Positions 9,553 through 18,956 are shown, counted from the first letter of the stretch. The stretch is DNA of 32,000 nt from Synechococcus elongatus PCC 6301 (GCF_000010065.1 NC_006576.1:630001-662000); one strand, 5' to 3'. Numbers and translations: made by a program. The notes: generated by a model from the letters alone, not told the origin.

Positions 9553-9668
9553 CCAGCAATCCAGATCCGAGCCGTTCAGAGTGGCCCTTAGCCCTTGACT
9601 CAGAGGGCCGCGATCGCGCATTCTGCCGGCAATCCCCATGTCCCCGTTCCTCCAGCAGACGCGCCACC

Positions 9669-11048
9669 ATGAGAGTCAGTGTGATTGGAACCGGCTATGT
9701 CGGCCTCGTGACCGGCACTTGTCTGGCACATATTGGCCATGAGGTGCTCTGCATCGACAACAACACCGCCAAGATCGAGCAGATTCAGGCGGGTCAAATC
9801 CCAATCTATGAGCCGGGACTAGAAGATCTGATTCAACGAGCGACAGCGGCCGGACGGCTGCAGTTCAGTACAGATTTGGCTGCTGGCGTCGCTCATGCTG
9901 AGGTGATTTTTATCGCCGTGGGAACGCCGCCTCTGCCCAACGGCGAAGCTGATATGCGCTTTGTGGAAGCAGTAGCGCGGGGCATTGGGGAACATTTGGA
10001 TGGCGAAACCTATCGGGTGATTGTCAATAAATCGACGGTGCCGATTGGCTCGGGCGATTGGGTGCGGATGTTGATACTCGATGGCATGTTGGCGCGACGA
10101 CAGGCCTTAGTCCCAGTTGGGGCGGCGATCGCTGATAGCGAGGATTTGCCCCAAGGTTGTTTTGATGTGGTCAGCAATCCGGAGTTCCTGCGGGAAGGCA
10201 CAGCGATTTACGACACCTTCAACCCCGATCGTATTGTTCTGGGGGGCAGCAGCGATCGCGCCTTTGCCAAGATGCAGGAACTCTACGAACCGATTGTGCA
10301 GCGCCAGTTTGCCGTCGATCGCGATCGCCCACCCGTGCCGGTGCTGCGAACGGATCTGGGTTCGGCCGAAATGATCAAATATGCAGCCAATGCTTTTCTG
10401 GCGACCAAAATCAGCTTCATCAATGAAGTCGCCAACATCTGCGATCGCGTCGGCGCGGACGTTGTCCAAGTTGCCAAAGGGATGGGACTGGATGCGCGGA
10501 TTGGCAGCCGCTTCCTCAATGCTGGCTTGGGCTGGGGTGGTTCTTGTTTTCCCAAGGATGTCTCGGCCTTGGTCCACATCGCCCAGGACTATGGCTATCC
10601 GGCTGCCTTGCTAGAAGCCACGATCGCGGTCAATCAACGTCAGAGGCTGATCTTGCTGGAGAAGCTGCAGCAGGAACTAAAAATTCTCAAGGGCAAAACG
10701 ATCGGTCTGCTGGGGCTAACCTTTAAGCCCGATACCGATGACCTACGCGATGCTCCCTCCCTGACCTTGGCCGAGCAGTTGTTGCGGCTAGGTGCCAAGG
10801 TCAAAGCCTATGACCCGATCGTCAAAACGGCCCCGATCGCGGGTCTGGAAATTACAACCTCCCCCCTCGATCTCGCCAGCGGCTGTGATGCCTTGGCTCT
10901 CGTGACGGAATGGCAAGAGTTTCAGGAGCTGGACTACCTGCCCTTGGCTGCCCGAATGCGGCGACCGCTGATCATTGATGGCCGCAACTGCCTCGATCGC
11001 GATCGCCTTCAGATGCAGGGCTTCCGCTACATCGGGATCGGTCGCTAA
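9669..11048 (+). CDS. ugd: UDP-glucose 6-dehydrogenase (UDP-glucose/GDP-mannose dehydrogenase family)
   Basis: N-terminal Rossmann motif [20 protein letters not shown], and the catalytic-Cys motif GGSCFPKD. Confidence 0.93.
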   Translation: MRVSVIGTGYVGLVTGTCLAHIGHEVLCIDNNTAKIEQIQAGQIPIYEPGLEDLIQRATAAGRLQFSTDLAAGVAHAEVIFIAVGTPPLPNGEADMRFVEAVARGIGEHLDGETYRVIVNKSTVPIGSGDWVRMLILDGMLARRQALVPVGAAIADSEDLPQGCFDVVSNPEFLREGTAIYDTFNPDRIVLGGSSDRAFAKMQELYEPIVQRQFAVDRDRPPVPVLRTDLGSAEMIKYAANAFLATKISFINEVANICDRVGADVVQVAKGMGLDARIGSRFLNAGLGWGGSCFPKDVSALVHIAQDYGYPAALLEATIAVNQRQRLILLEKLQQELKILKGKTIGLLGLTFKPDTDDLRDAPSLTLAEQLLRLGAKVKAYDPIVKTAPIAGLEITTSPLDLASGCDALALVTEWQEFQELDYLPLAARMRRPLIIDGRNCLDRDRLQMQGFRYIGIGR

Positions 11049-11437
11049 GGCAGCACCGCAATACAGTCGATTTCGACTTTGGCGTCCTTGGGTAAGCGAG
11101 CGGCTTGTACACAGGCGCGGGCGGGTGCTGTTGCTTCGTCGAACACCGTCGCGTAGATGGCGTTGACGCGGGCGAAATCTTCCATATCCGCCAGAAAGAC
11201 GGTGGTGCGCACCACATCACCAAAGCTGGCCCCAGCTGCGGCTAACACCGCTTTGAGGTTGCTCAGAACTTGGTGGGTCTGGACTTCTACATCGTCGCCA
11301 CCGACCATCGTTCCTGTGGCTGGATCGAGGGCGATTTGGCCCGAGACGAACAACATCCGCCCACTCGCCGCGATCGCTTGGCTATAGGGGCCAACAGGTG
11401 CCGGGGCTTGGTCGGTATAGAAGACTTCGCGGGTCAT
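11045..11437 (-). CDS. ridA: RidA/YjgF/UK114-family reactive-intermediate deaminase
   Basis: 130 aa with [18 protein letters not shown] and EIDCIAV motifs. Its stop codon overlaps the ugd stop codon within CTAA. Confidence 0.92.
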   Translation of the reverse strand: MTREVFYTDQAPAPVGPYSQAIAASGRMLFVSGQIALDPATGTMVGGDDVEVQTHQVLSNLKAVLAAAGASFGDVVRTTVFLADMEDFARVNAIYATVFDEATAPARACVQAARLPKDAKVEIDCIAVLP

Positions 11438-11646
11438 ACGGTCATTGCTGAAACTTGCTTTGCCATTGTCTCGCTTGGCGTGAATTCCCAGAGGTGGAGC
11501 GATCGCAGCAGACTGAGATCAAATGTCATGAAATTCTGACATTAATGGTGCCAAACGGGCTTTTGCAGTCAGAAAGTCTTGGCTGGACTGGAATTTCTCT
11601 TGATCCCCAACCAAAGCTGCGGCAAGGTAGAAGCGTCGCATCCCCC

Positions 11647-12903
11647 ATGCTTATGTCTAAATCACCCTATCCACTGGAGCAGATGACCCTGCGACAGTTG
11701 CGACGCGTTGCCAGCGAATATGGCGTGTCGCGCTACAGCCGCATGCGTAAGTCTGAGTTAATTGCCGCCATTCAAAAAATTGAGGCAAATAGCGCCGTGC
11801 ATACTAGCCCTTCCCCCAGCAGCGATCGCCAAGAAGAAGTCGAAGCCACGAAATATGACGTGGGACAACCGCAGCCGGTTGAACCGATCGAGCTGACGGG
11901 TGTCGATGCAGAGCTGCCCGATCTGCCGGAAGGCTACGGCGAAAGCCGCATTGTCCTGCTGCCTCGCGACCCGCAGTGGGCCTATGTGTACTGGGATGTG
12001 CCGGGCGATCATAAGCAAGCACTCAAATCACAAGGGGGACAACTACTAGCGCTGCGCTTCTACGACGTCACAGATCTTGATCTCAACTATCAATCCCCCC
12101 ACAGCTTGCAGGAATATCCCTGCGATGAGCTGGCGCGGGATTGGTACCTGCCCGTACCGGTAAGCGATCGTGATTACTTGGTAGAAATCGGCTACCGCGC
12201 TGCAGATGGCCGCTGGTTGTTGCTGGCTCGCTCTGCACCTGTGCGCGTACCGCCGGTCTATCCCTCCGACTGGATCGAAGATCACTTCATCACCGTCAAC
12301 TGGGACGAAGACCTGCGAGGTCAAACCGTCTTCCAACTGGTGCCCCCCAGTCAAAAAGCCAGCTTGGCCAGCAGTGGCGGCGCTGCGCCTGGGCCCGGAA
12401 CCGTCAGCGACGAAATCTTTGCCCTGTCGGAAGGGGCCGAGTCGATGCGCTTGGCGGGCTCGCTCTACGGTTCGCAGCACATGCGTCCGGTTCATGAAGA
12501 AACCCTCAGCTCCTACGTTTTCCCCTCGGGTGTGGGCATGTGGGCGCTGCCAACGGCTTCCGGCTTGACTCAGTCGGGCGTCGGCATGGTCGGGTTCTCG
12601 GCGTCGCTGCCGCTGGAGCGGCAACCGCGCAAATTCTGGCTGGTCGCGGATGCTGAGCTGATCATCTACGGGGCCACGGAACCGGATGCCACGGTCACAA
12701 TCGGCGGCAAAGAGATCAAACTCAGCCCCGATGGCACTTTCCGCTTCCAGATGTCCTTCCAAGACGGCGTGCTGGACTTCCCAATCGAAGCCGTCGCTGT
12801 CGATGGCGAACAAACGCGATCGATTCGCATGACCTTCAACCGCGAAACCACCAACCGCCGCACTAACACCAAGGAAGAAGCCCAACTGGAATGGTTCCAG
12901 TAG
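11647..12903 (+). CDS. Rho_N (SAP-like) domain + DUF4912-family protein
   Basis: LRQLRRVASEYGVSRYSRMRKSELIAAIQK matches the Rho termination factor N-terminal helix-extended-helix pattern. RIVLLPRDPQWAYVYWDV matches DUF4912. The start is placed at ATG 11647. The track start at 11455 sits 17 bp from the divergent ridA start, and its added residues look non-coding. Confidence 0.8.
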   Translation: MLMSKSPYPLEQMTLRQLRRVASEYGVSRYSRMRKSELIAAIQKIEANSAVHTSPSPSSDRQEEVEATKYDVGQPQPVEPIELTGVDAELPDLPEGYGESRIVLLPRDPQWAYVYWDVPGDHKQALKSQGGQLLALRFYDVTDLDLNYQSPHSLQEYPCDELARDWYLPVPVSDRDYLVEIGYRAADGRWLLLARSAPVRVPPVYPSDWIEDHFITVNWDEDLRGQTVFQLVPPSQKASLASSGGAAPGPGTVSDEIFALSEGAESMRLAGSLYGSQHMRPVHEETLSSYVFPSGVGMWALPTASGLTQSGVGMVGFSASLPLERQPRKFWLVADAELIIYGATEPDATVTIGGKEIKLSPDGTFRFQMSFQDGVLDFPIEAVAVDGEQTRSIRMTFNRETTNRRTNTKEEAQLEWFQ

Positions 12904-12923
12904 ATTCCTTCTGAATTGCAGCT

Positions 12924-14495
12924 CTAGCGCTGTAACAAACCCGCTGGCTCCGGCTGGCGGGTTTTTGCTGGCTGGACTTCAGGATGCTGCGCCAGAATTT
13001 GTCGCATCACCGTTTGGGCCGAATAGCTGACGCCGGCAGTGCCTTCGCCAGGATGGGTGGAGTCGCCGACCAGCCAGAGATTTTTCACCGGCGTGCGATT
13101 GGCAAAGCCGAAGGGCCCAAAGGTACTCACTCGCATGCCTAACCCCCCGACACTGCCACGATCGCGATCGGTGTAGCGGGCAAAGGTACGCGGCGTCCCA
13201 GCTTCCACATGACGGAGATGCTCAGGCCGCAGGTCGAAATATTGACCCAGGCGCGCCAACATTGTCTCGGTGTAGTCCTGCTTGAGAGCAGCGTAGTCTT
13301 CGGTCTGGCTCCAGCGATCGAGATCCGTGAAAGTCGAAGCAACGATCGTGGCTTGTCCCGCGGGTGCCCGACCATCATCGGGGCGACTGACAGAAACGAA
13401 GAGGGAATTGTTTTCGCCAAGAGGGCCTGCCGGATCAAACAGGAATTGCAGGTGGGGCGGACAGTCCACCGGAAGAGCGGCAGCATCCACGCCAAGGTAG
13501 AGGACAAACGCGCCAGAGGGAGTGGGAGTTTTCGCTAGGCGCTGTTGATAGCCGTTCAAGGCCGGTAGGGTTTCGACCGCTGATCCGAGGAGCCGTAGTA
13601 AATCCGCAGCAGTGACATTGGCGACGACATGATCCGCCGCGATCGCTTCGACAGACTGCGTCCGTTGATCACGCACTCGGATGCCCCGCACGCGATCGCC
13701 CATGGTTTCGATCGCTTCTACCCGTTGCCGGTAGCGAATTTGGCCGCCGTGCTTCTCCAGCCCTTCCAGCAGGCGATCGCTGAGGACTTGCATGCTGCCT
13801 TCGAGGTGATAGAGCCCGTAGGGCGCTTGCGAGAGAGCCAAGGCAGTCGCAGCGTAGAGCACTGCTGTTTCATCGGCACCGCACTGGGAATAGAGCTTGA
13901 GCTGAATATCCAGAAACGTCTTGAGGCGGCGATCGCCCCCCAGACCCAGCAGATTCAAGACCTGCCCGACGGTCAGCAGCGCATAGGGTGCCGTCAGCAA
14001 GGTTTCGGGGCGCACTGCGCTAATCAACTGCTGCAAATCCCAAAGGTTGCGCGGCGGCAACACTGGCTGACGCTGTTGAAATTGCCAGCCCAACTGAAAG
14101 AGCTGCTGCATCAACGACCAGAACGGTTCACTGCCAGGAAACCAACGCTCTCGTTCTGCTTTCCAGCGATCGCGATCGTGCCAAACGCGCACGGGTTCCG
14201 ATTCGCCGGGGAGCCAAACCGCGCAGGCTGGATCGCAAATTTTGGCTACCGGTAATTCCAGTCCCAGTTCCGCGAAGATTTGGGCGTGAATACCACCCGG
14301 TTCCAAGCCTGCAACTTGAGTCGCCCCGACGTCGAAGGTGAAGCCACGCCGCCGAAAAGTCGAAGCACATCCACCCGCGATCGCGGCTTGTTCATAAACC
14401 GTGACGGTGAAGCCTCGCGCTGCTAGGAGCGCTGCCGCCGTTAAACCGCCAATGCCTGCACCAATGACCGCAACCGAAGGAGGCTCAACAGGCAT
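12924..14495 (-). CDS. FAD-dependent oxidoreductase of the phytoene desaturase/carotenoid isomerase (CrtI/CrtD/CrtH-like) family
   Basis: N-terminal dinucleotide fold VAVIGAGIGGLTAAALLAARGFTVTVYEQ...GG, and a C-terminal LWLVGDSTHPGEGTAGV motif typical of CrtI-family enzymes. Substrate cannot be assigned from the sequence. Confidence 0.85.
   Translation of the reverse strand: MPVEPPSVAVIGAGIGGLTAAALLAARGFTVTVYEQAAIAGGCASTFRRRGFTFDVGATQVAGLEPGGIHAQIFAELGLELPVAKICDPACAVWLPGESEPVRVWHDRDRWKAERERWFPGSEPFWSLMQQLFQLGWQFQQRQPVLPPRNLWDLQQLISAVRPETLLTAPYALLTVGQVLNLLGLGGDRRLKTFLDIQLKLYSQCGADETAVLYAATALALSQAPYGLYHLEGSMQVLSDRLLEGLEKHGGQIRYRQRVEAIETMGDRVRGIRVRDQRTQSVEAIAADHVVANVTAADLLRLLGSAVETLPALNGYQQRLAKTPTPSGAFVLYLGVDAAALPVDCPPHLQFLFDPAGPLGENNSLFVSVSRPDDGRAPAGQATIVASTFTDLDRWSQTEDYAALKQDYTETMLARLGQYFDLRPEHLRHVEAGTPRTFARYTDRDRGSVGGLGMRVSTFGPFGFANRTPVKNLWLVGDSTHPGEGTAGVSYSAQTVMRQILAQHPEVQPAKTRQPEPAGLLQR
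12940..12966 (+). terminator. Rho-independent terminator after the DUF4912 gene, embedded in the 3' end of the convergent CDS
   Basis: A 9-bp stem CCCGCTGGC/GCTGGCGGG (two G:U pairs) with loop TCCG, then TTTTT. It lies 37 nt after the stop at 12903. Confidence 0.55.
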
Positions 14496-14610
14496 GGCAA
14501 GAGTTAGAAAACTTTACATTTTCTACTCTAGCGATCGCAGCAGGCACAGAATGCAGCGATTAATGTAACGGAATCGTTAGGATTAGCTCGAATCCGTGCT
14601 TCCAGACCTG

Positions 14611-15438
14611 ATGAACAACCTGACACGCCGCCAATTTCTGGCGACTGCCACCCTTGCGACTGGCTTTGCCCTGGCGGCCCGGCCGATCTCAGCTGCTGTC
14701 ATCAAAACCGATAGCAAGGGGCTAGAGACGGGCACGGCCCAAATTCCAACCGCTGATGGACTCCTTCCTGCCTACTGGGCGCGCCCAACTAGTGGTCAAG
14801 TCTTCCCGATCGTGTTGGTCGTGCAAGAAATCTTCGGCGTCCACGAGCATATTCAGGATGTCTGTCGCCGCTTTGCCAAACTGGGTTATCTGGCGATCGC
14901 TCCAGAGCTGTTTGTGCGGCAGGGCGATGTTTCCAAGTTGGAGAGCATCGACGAAATCCGCAAGATTGTCAGCAAAGTGCCGGATGCGCAGGTGATGGCG
15001 GATCTCGATGCCACCGTTGCTTGGGCATCAACCCAAAAAGGCGATCGCGATCGCCTCGCAATTACCGGTTTCTGCTGGGGTGGCCGCATCACCTGGCTTT
15101 ATGCCGCCCACAATCCGCAGGTGAAAACCGGCGCGGCTTGGTACGGACGCCTAGTTGGAAACTCGACTGAACTGACGCCCAAACACCCAGTCGATGTCGC
15201 TGCCGAATTGAAGGTTCCAGTCCTGGGGCTCTACGGTGGCGAGGATACAGGCATTCCGTTAGGTACCGTTCAACAGATGCGCGATCGCCTCAAGACCGGT
15301 TCGAGCAAGTCGGCAATCATTGTCTACGAAGGAGCACCCCATGCCTTCTTCGCAGACTACCGCCCCTCCTATCGTCAAGGCGATGCGCAGGATGCTTGGC
15401 AACGGCTACAGACTTGGTTTAAACAGCACGGCGTTTAG
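14611..15438 (+). CDS. Dienelactone hydrolase (carboxymethylenebutenolidase) family, Tat-exported
   Basis: Twin-arginine signal [24 protein letters not shown]. Nucleophile-elbow motif GFCWGG and a C-terminal GAPHAF. ATG 14611 is preferred over GTG 14596. Confidence 0.88.
   Translation: MNNLTRRQFLATATLATGFALAARPISAAVIKTDSKGLETGTAQIPTADGLLPAYWARPTSGQVFPIVLVVQEIFGVHEHIQDVCRRFAKLGYLAIAPELFVRQGDVSKLESIDEIRKIVSKVPDAQVMADLDATVAWASTQKGDRDRLAITGFCWGGRITWLYAAHNPQVKTGAAWYGRLVGNSTELTPKHPVDVAAELKVPVLGLYGGEDTGIPLGTVQQMRDRLKTGSSKSAIIVYEGAPHAFFADYRPSYRQGDAQDAWQRLQTWFKQHGV
15041..15054. repeat. Overlapping double HIP1 (GCGATCGCGATCGC)
   Basis: An exact 14-mer inside the dienelactone hydrolase gene. The identical 14-mer recurs near 27625. 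Partial GATCGCGATCGC forms occur near 2331, 10320 and 10997. Confidence 0.85.
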
Positions 15439-15474
15439 ATAGCGGACTCAAGATATTGAGCGATCGCCACGACC

Positions 15475-15687
15475 ATGAACCCGCCCGTAGTAGTGCTTGC
15501 AGCCGCAACAACCGGCTGGGCGATCGCGATCGGGACGCAGAAATCCGGCTTGAGCCAACAAGATTTGCTGCCGGCGATCGCGGAGTCGCCGACGATTCTC
15601 CAAGCGATAACGCAGGCGCGGCAGTGCATTCCAACTCAGATCAGCGGCATCCATTCTGGACATCCCGCAGCAGTGATCTCAGTCTAG
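15475..15687 (+). CDS. Possible small hypothetical protein (70 aa)
   Basis: This is the only frame in the 306-bp gap with host-like codon choice (CAA, GCG, ATC), and it reads all three HIP1 sites as Ala-Ile-Ala. There is no clear SD and no recognisable family. Several other ORFs overlap it on both strands. Confidence 0.3.
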   Translation: MNPPVVVLAAATTGWAIAIGTQKSGLSQQDLLPAIAESPTILQAITQARQCIPTQISGIHSGHPAAVISV

Positions 15688-15744
15688 AAGTTCTGTCTTG
15701 CCTGCGATTGTCTGATTCGCAACCGAGGAAAAACCCTTGAGCGT

Positions 15745-16707
15745 CTAAGCTTCAGGGCGAACAGTCGCGAAAATCTCGTCGAGAATTTCCTTCGCACCTT
15801 GGGCTTTGAGCTGAGCAGCTAGCGCCAAGCCCAGTGCCTCTGGATCGCTGGTGGGGCCGCTGACTTGATCGCGCAGTAGGCGTTGGCCATCCAAGCTAGC
15901 GACCATGCCCGTCAGGGTCAGGGTGCCATCCGCGATCGCGGTGTTGACGCCGATCGGGACTTGGCAGCCGCCTTCCAGTTCCCGCAGGAAGGCCCGTTCT
16001 GCCAAACAACGCTGCGACGTGGGTTCGTGCTCTAGCGCTTTGAGCAGTTCTAGGATTTCGGGATCTTCAGCGCGGCATTCGATCCCCAGCGCGCCTTGAC
16101 CCACGGCATGGAGCGAGACTGCTGCGGGAATCAACTGGTGAATGCGATCGGCCATGCTCAGGCGTTGCAAGCCAGCCGCTGCCAGAATCAGCGCATCGTA
16201 TTCACCGGCATCCAATTTGGCGAGGCGGGTGTTGAGGTTACCCCGCACATCCTTGAACTGCAGGTGTGGATAGTGGTGGCGTAACTGAGCCAAACGGCGC
16301 AGCGACGAGGTGCCAATCACGGTGCCTTCGGGCAGAGTTTCGAGCTGATGATCCTTGAAGCGATCGTGGACGACCAGGGCATCCGCCGGATCTTCCCGCT
16401 CGGTGACACAGCCAAGGATTAAGCCTTCGGGCAGGCGCGTCGGCAAATCTTTGAGAGAGTGGACGGCAAAATCCACTTCGCCCGCCAGCATGGCAACTTC
16501 TAGTTCTTTGGTGAACAATCCTTTGTCACCAATCTTGGCCAGCGCCACATCCAGAATGATGTCGCCTTGGGTACTCATCGTCTGCACATCGAACTGGCGA
16601 TCGGGATAGAGCCGTTGCAGTTCGCCTTGCACCCAGTGGGTTTGCACCAAGGCTAGTTGGCTTTTGCGAGAGCCAATACGAATCGGACGGGCAGGGCTGG
16701 AGACCAT
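15745..16707 (-). CDS. hemC: Porphobilinogen deaminase (hydroxymethylbilane synthase)
   Basis: [30 protein letters not shown], and the cofactor-binding Cys in [10 protein letters not shown]. Confidence 0.97.
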   Translation of the reverse strand: MVSSPARPIRIGSRKSQLALVQTHWVQGELQRLYPDRQFDVQTMSTQGDIILDVALAKIGDKGLFTKELEVAMLAGEVDFAVHSLKDLPTRLPEGLILGCVTEREDPADALVVHDRFKDHQLETLPEGTVIGTSSLRRLAQLRHHYPHLQFKDVRGNLNTRLAKLDAGEYDALILAAAGLQRLSMADRIHQLIPAAVSLHAVGQGALGIECRAEDPEILELLKALEHEPTSQRCLAERAFLRELEGGCQVPIGVNTAIADGTLTLTGMVASLDGQRLLRDQVSGPTSDPEALGLALAAQLKAQGAKEILDEIFATVRPEA

Positions 16708-16859
16708 GGAATATCAGCAGTGGAGAGCAGCGGCCAAGCAAGGCCCTTAATCAGATTACCGTTTCGAGCGATCGCCCACTCCCGCAGCCGTGCGATCGCT
16801 GCTCCGACTATCCCTAGGTGAGCCACCCTCTAGGATCAGGACAAAGACGAGGGATTGGG

Positions 16860-17447
16860 ATGCAGGTTGCGGAGATTAGCCCCCTATTGATCGAACTGTT
16901 CGGTGCTGATCGGCTCGAGGCCAATCCGCCGGAAAGTTGGCAAATCCAGACGCCGGAATGTCGTCTGTTGCTGCTGTTGTCGGCCAGTGGTGAATGGCTC
17001 CGCGTGCTGTTACCCCTGTTGCCCGCCGTTGATGCTGCCCCCTTTCACAGGCAAATCCTCGAGGCGAATTTTGATGCCACAGGGCCAGTGCGCCATGCCC
17101 TGCATCAAAACGTCCTCTGGGGGGTGTTTCAGCATGACCTCGCCAGCTTGACCAGCGGTGATCTCTACCAAGCGATCGCTAGTCTCTTTGATTTAGCGCA
17201 GCGGGGCTTAGATCCGTTCTTCACAGCCTTGGCAGAAACGCAGCTGCGGCAGATTGTGCGAGCCGCCAAACAGCAGGGACAGTCTTTACCCGCGACCTTG
17301 CAGACCCTCACCCATCTCTACGAAGAAGGCGTTCTGGGGGATCTTAGCAACGGCCCCGAAATTCGCCGTTTCACCCTTGATCGCTGGCGTGAACAATTGG
17401 AGCGACTCTGGCCAGAAGTGGAGGTGGACAGCTGGGAGCAGTCCTGA
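16860..17447 (+). CDS. Conserved-looking hypothetical protein, function unknown (possibly chaperone-like alpha/beta fold)
   Basis: A clean ORF with host codon usage. ATG 16860 is preceded by GACGAGGGATTGGG. There is no catalytic motif. The chaperone-like impression rests only on the hydrophobic periodicity of the N-terminal half. Confidence 0.65.
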   Translation: MQVAEISPLLIELFGADRLEANPPESWQIQTPECRLLLLLSASGEWLRVLLPLLPAVDAAPFHRQILEANFDATGPVRHALHQNVLWGVFQHDLASLTSGDLYQAIASLFDLAQRGLDPFFTALAETQLRQIVRAAKQQGQSLPATLQTLTHLYEEGVLGDLSNGPEIRRFTLDRWREQLERLWPEVEVDSWEQS

Positions 17448-17455
17448 GCAAGGGA

Positions 17456-18418
17456 CTAAACCAGTTCAAGCAGGGGTTGCTGAGCCTGTAGCGCTGCCAC
17501 AATTGCCTCGTGGCAGGCGGCATTGCTGGCGGCGATGCCCTGGTTATTGAAGAGCTTGCTGCCCGCCCCAAAGTCTAGCGATCGCCCAGTTTGATCGCTA
17601 ACACGGCCGCCCGCTTCTTGGAGCAGCAACACCCCCGCTGCATGGTCCCAAATGTTCTCGCGGCGATCGCTTGCGGGATTGACCAGCCGTAAGTAGAGGT
17701 CTGCTTCACCGCGGGCAATCAGCGCGTATTTGACCAAGCTATCGACGGCTCGCGCTGGGGTCACCAATCCCGCCCGAGTGGCGATCGCATCCTGCCAAGC
17801 AGGATGGCCGTGTTCCCGTTCCACACTTTCGAGGCGGAGGGCAGCAGCAGCCTGGCGATCGCTAACTTGCAGTGGAATGACGTGATCGCCTTGGATTTGC
17901 CAAGCACCTTGACCCCGTACGGCAGCAAAGAGAGCCCCATCTGGGCCATCGAGGGCCGGCGCGGCGATCGCCGCTACTTCTACCTGTCCGTCCACAATCA
18001 AAGCCAGCGCGATCGCATACTGATCGCCGCGTACATAGCCTTTGGTGCCGTCAATAGGGTCGAGAGTCCAGAAGCGATCGCCGGGTTGACCTTTGCCTTG
18101 CTGAATCCAAGCCGCCACAGTTTCAGCAGAGACTTGCGATCGCTGTAGCCGGACATAGTCGGTAATCTGATCCAGCACATCGTCTGCTAGCAAACTGGCA
18201 TCTTCTTCTCCCACCAGCGGATCCGCAGGGAAAGTTTCACTGAGATGCGCCGCAATCAGGGCTTGGGCACCGTAGTCCGCTACAGTCACCGGACTTTGAT
18301 CGGGTTTGCGCAGGGCGGTGGCTTGGCGATCGTGGCGCACCGTTTGGCAGAGGTGGGCAGCCGCTTGCACCGCAGTCAGAGCGGCGTGGAGTTCAAGACA
18401 GTCAGGCAGCAAGGTCAC
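17456..18418 (-). CDS. cysQ: 3'(2'),5'-bisphosphate nucleotidase (HAL2/SAL1/CysQ-type inositol monophosphatase superfamily)
   Basis: LVGEED, WTLDPIDGTKGYVRGDQYAIALAL and WDHAAG motifs of the Li-sensitive phosphatase family, HAL2-like subtype. Confidence 0.9.
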   Translation of the reverse strand: MTLLPDCLELHAALTAVQAAAHLCQTVRHDRQATALRKPDQSPVTVADYGAQALIAAHLSETFPADPLVGEEDASLLADDVLDQITDYVRLQRSQVSAETVAAWIQQGKGQPGDRFWTLDPIDGTKGYVRGDQYAIALALIVDGQVEVAAIAAPALDGPDGALFAAVRGQGAWQIQGDHVIPLQVSDRQAAAALRLESVEREHGHPAWQDAIATRAGLVTPARAVDSLVKYALIARGEADLYLRLVNPASDRRENIWDHAAGVLLLQEAGGRVSDQTGRSLDFGAGSKLFNNQGIAASNAACHEAIVAALQAQQPLLELV

Positions 18419-18431
18419 ACACGGGCTCAGG

Positions 18432-18956
18432 TTAGGTGGCGGGCGTCGAAGTGCCGCGGGGTTGTTCCGCAGGCGGGGCAGCTTTGGGAGGTGTCGCCGC
18501 AGGCGCTTTCATTTCCGGCACGATCGGGAAGCCCCGCCCAAAACACATGTTGCCGAACCGGAAACAACCGCTGGCTTCCAGTTCCAGCCAGGTTGGTTGG
18601 GTTTCGAGCCAGCGTTTCCCCGTCGGGTCATACCAGCGCCATTCCCCTGTCTGCGATCGGCTAAAGTCACTGAGTCCGCCGTAGCTCCACTTGATCTGCA
18701 CTCCGCTGGGATAGGGCTGCTTGCTGGTGTAGATCGAGACAATTTCGCAGTCGTAGGGCTTGAGCGACTCTGGATCGCGGCCGATATAGCACTTGGAAGG
18801 GGTCCGCGCCAGCTCCCGAATTTGGGGTGGCTGAGCGGGTGGGGTCGGCGGTGTGGCGGCCGGTGGAGTCTGGGCGATCGCAGCTACAGCAGTACCCAGG
18901 CTAATTCCTAGGGTAAAAACAAAGGTTTGAGCGATCGATCGAAGCATCATCTGCAA
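18432..18956 (-). CDS. Secreted hypothetical protein with Pro/Ala/Thr-rich termini
   Basis: Signal peptide MQMMLRSIAQTFVFTLGISLGTAVAAIAQ. PPAATPPTPPAQPP and APAATPPKAAPPAEQP tracts flank a Cys- and Trp-containing core. It ends 13 nt upstream of the cysQ start on the same strand. Confidence 0.7.
   Translation of the reverse strand: MQMMLRSIAQTFVFTLGISLGTAVAAIAQTPPAATPPTPPAQPPQIRELARTPSKCYIGRDPESLKPYDCEIVSIYTSKQPYPSGVQIKWSYGGLSDFSRSQTGEWRWYDPTGKRWLETQPTWLELEASGCFRFGNMCFGRGFPIVPEMKAPAATPPKAAPPAEQPRGTSTPAT

Noticed and set aside
12046-12885. A 279-aa ORF antisense to the DUF4912 gene. Similar long shadow ORFs occur at 13629-14255, 23500-24138, 10107-10577, 4865-5326 and 7137-7808.
   Set aside because: Their translations are Arg/Ala/Gly/Pro-rich low-information sequences with no motifs. 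Each lies fully inside a gene with strong family motifs. Such stop-poor alternative frames are expected in GC-biased coding DNA.
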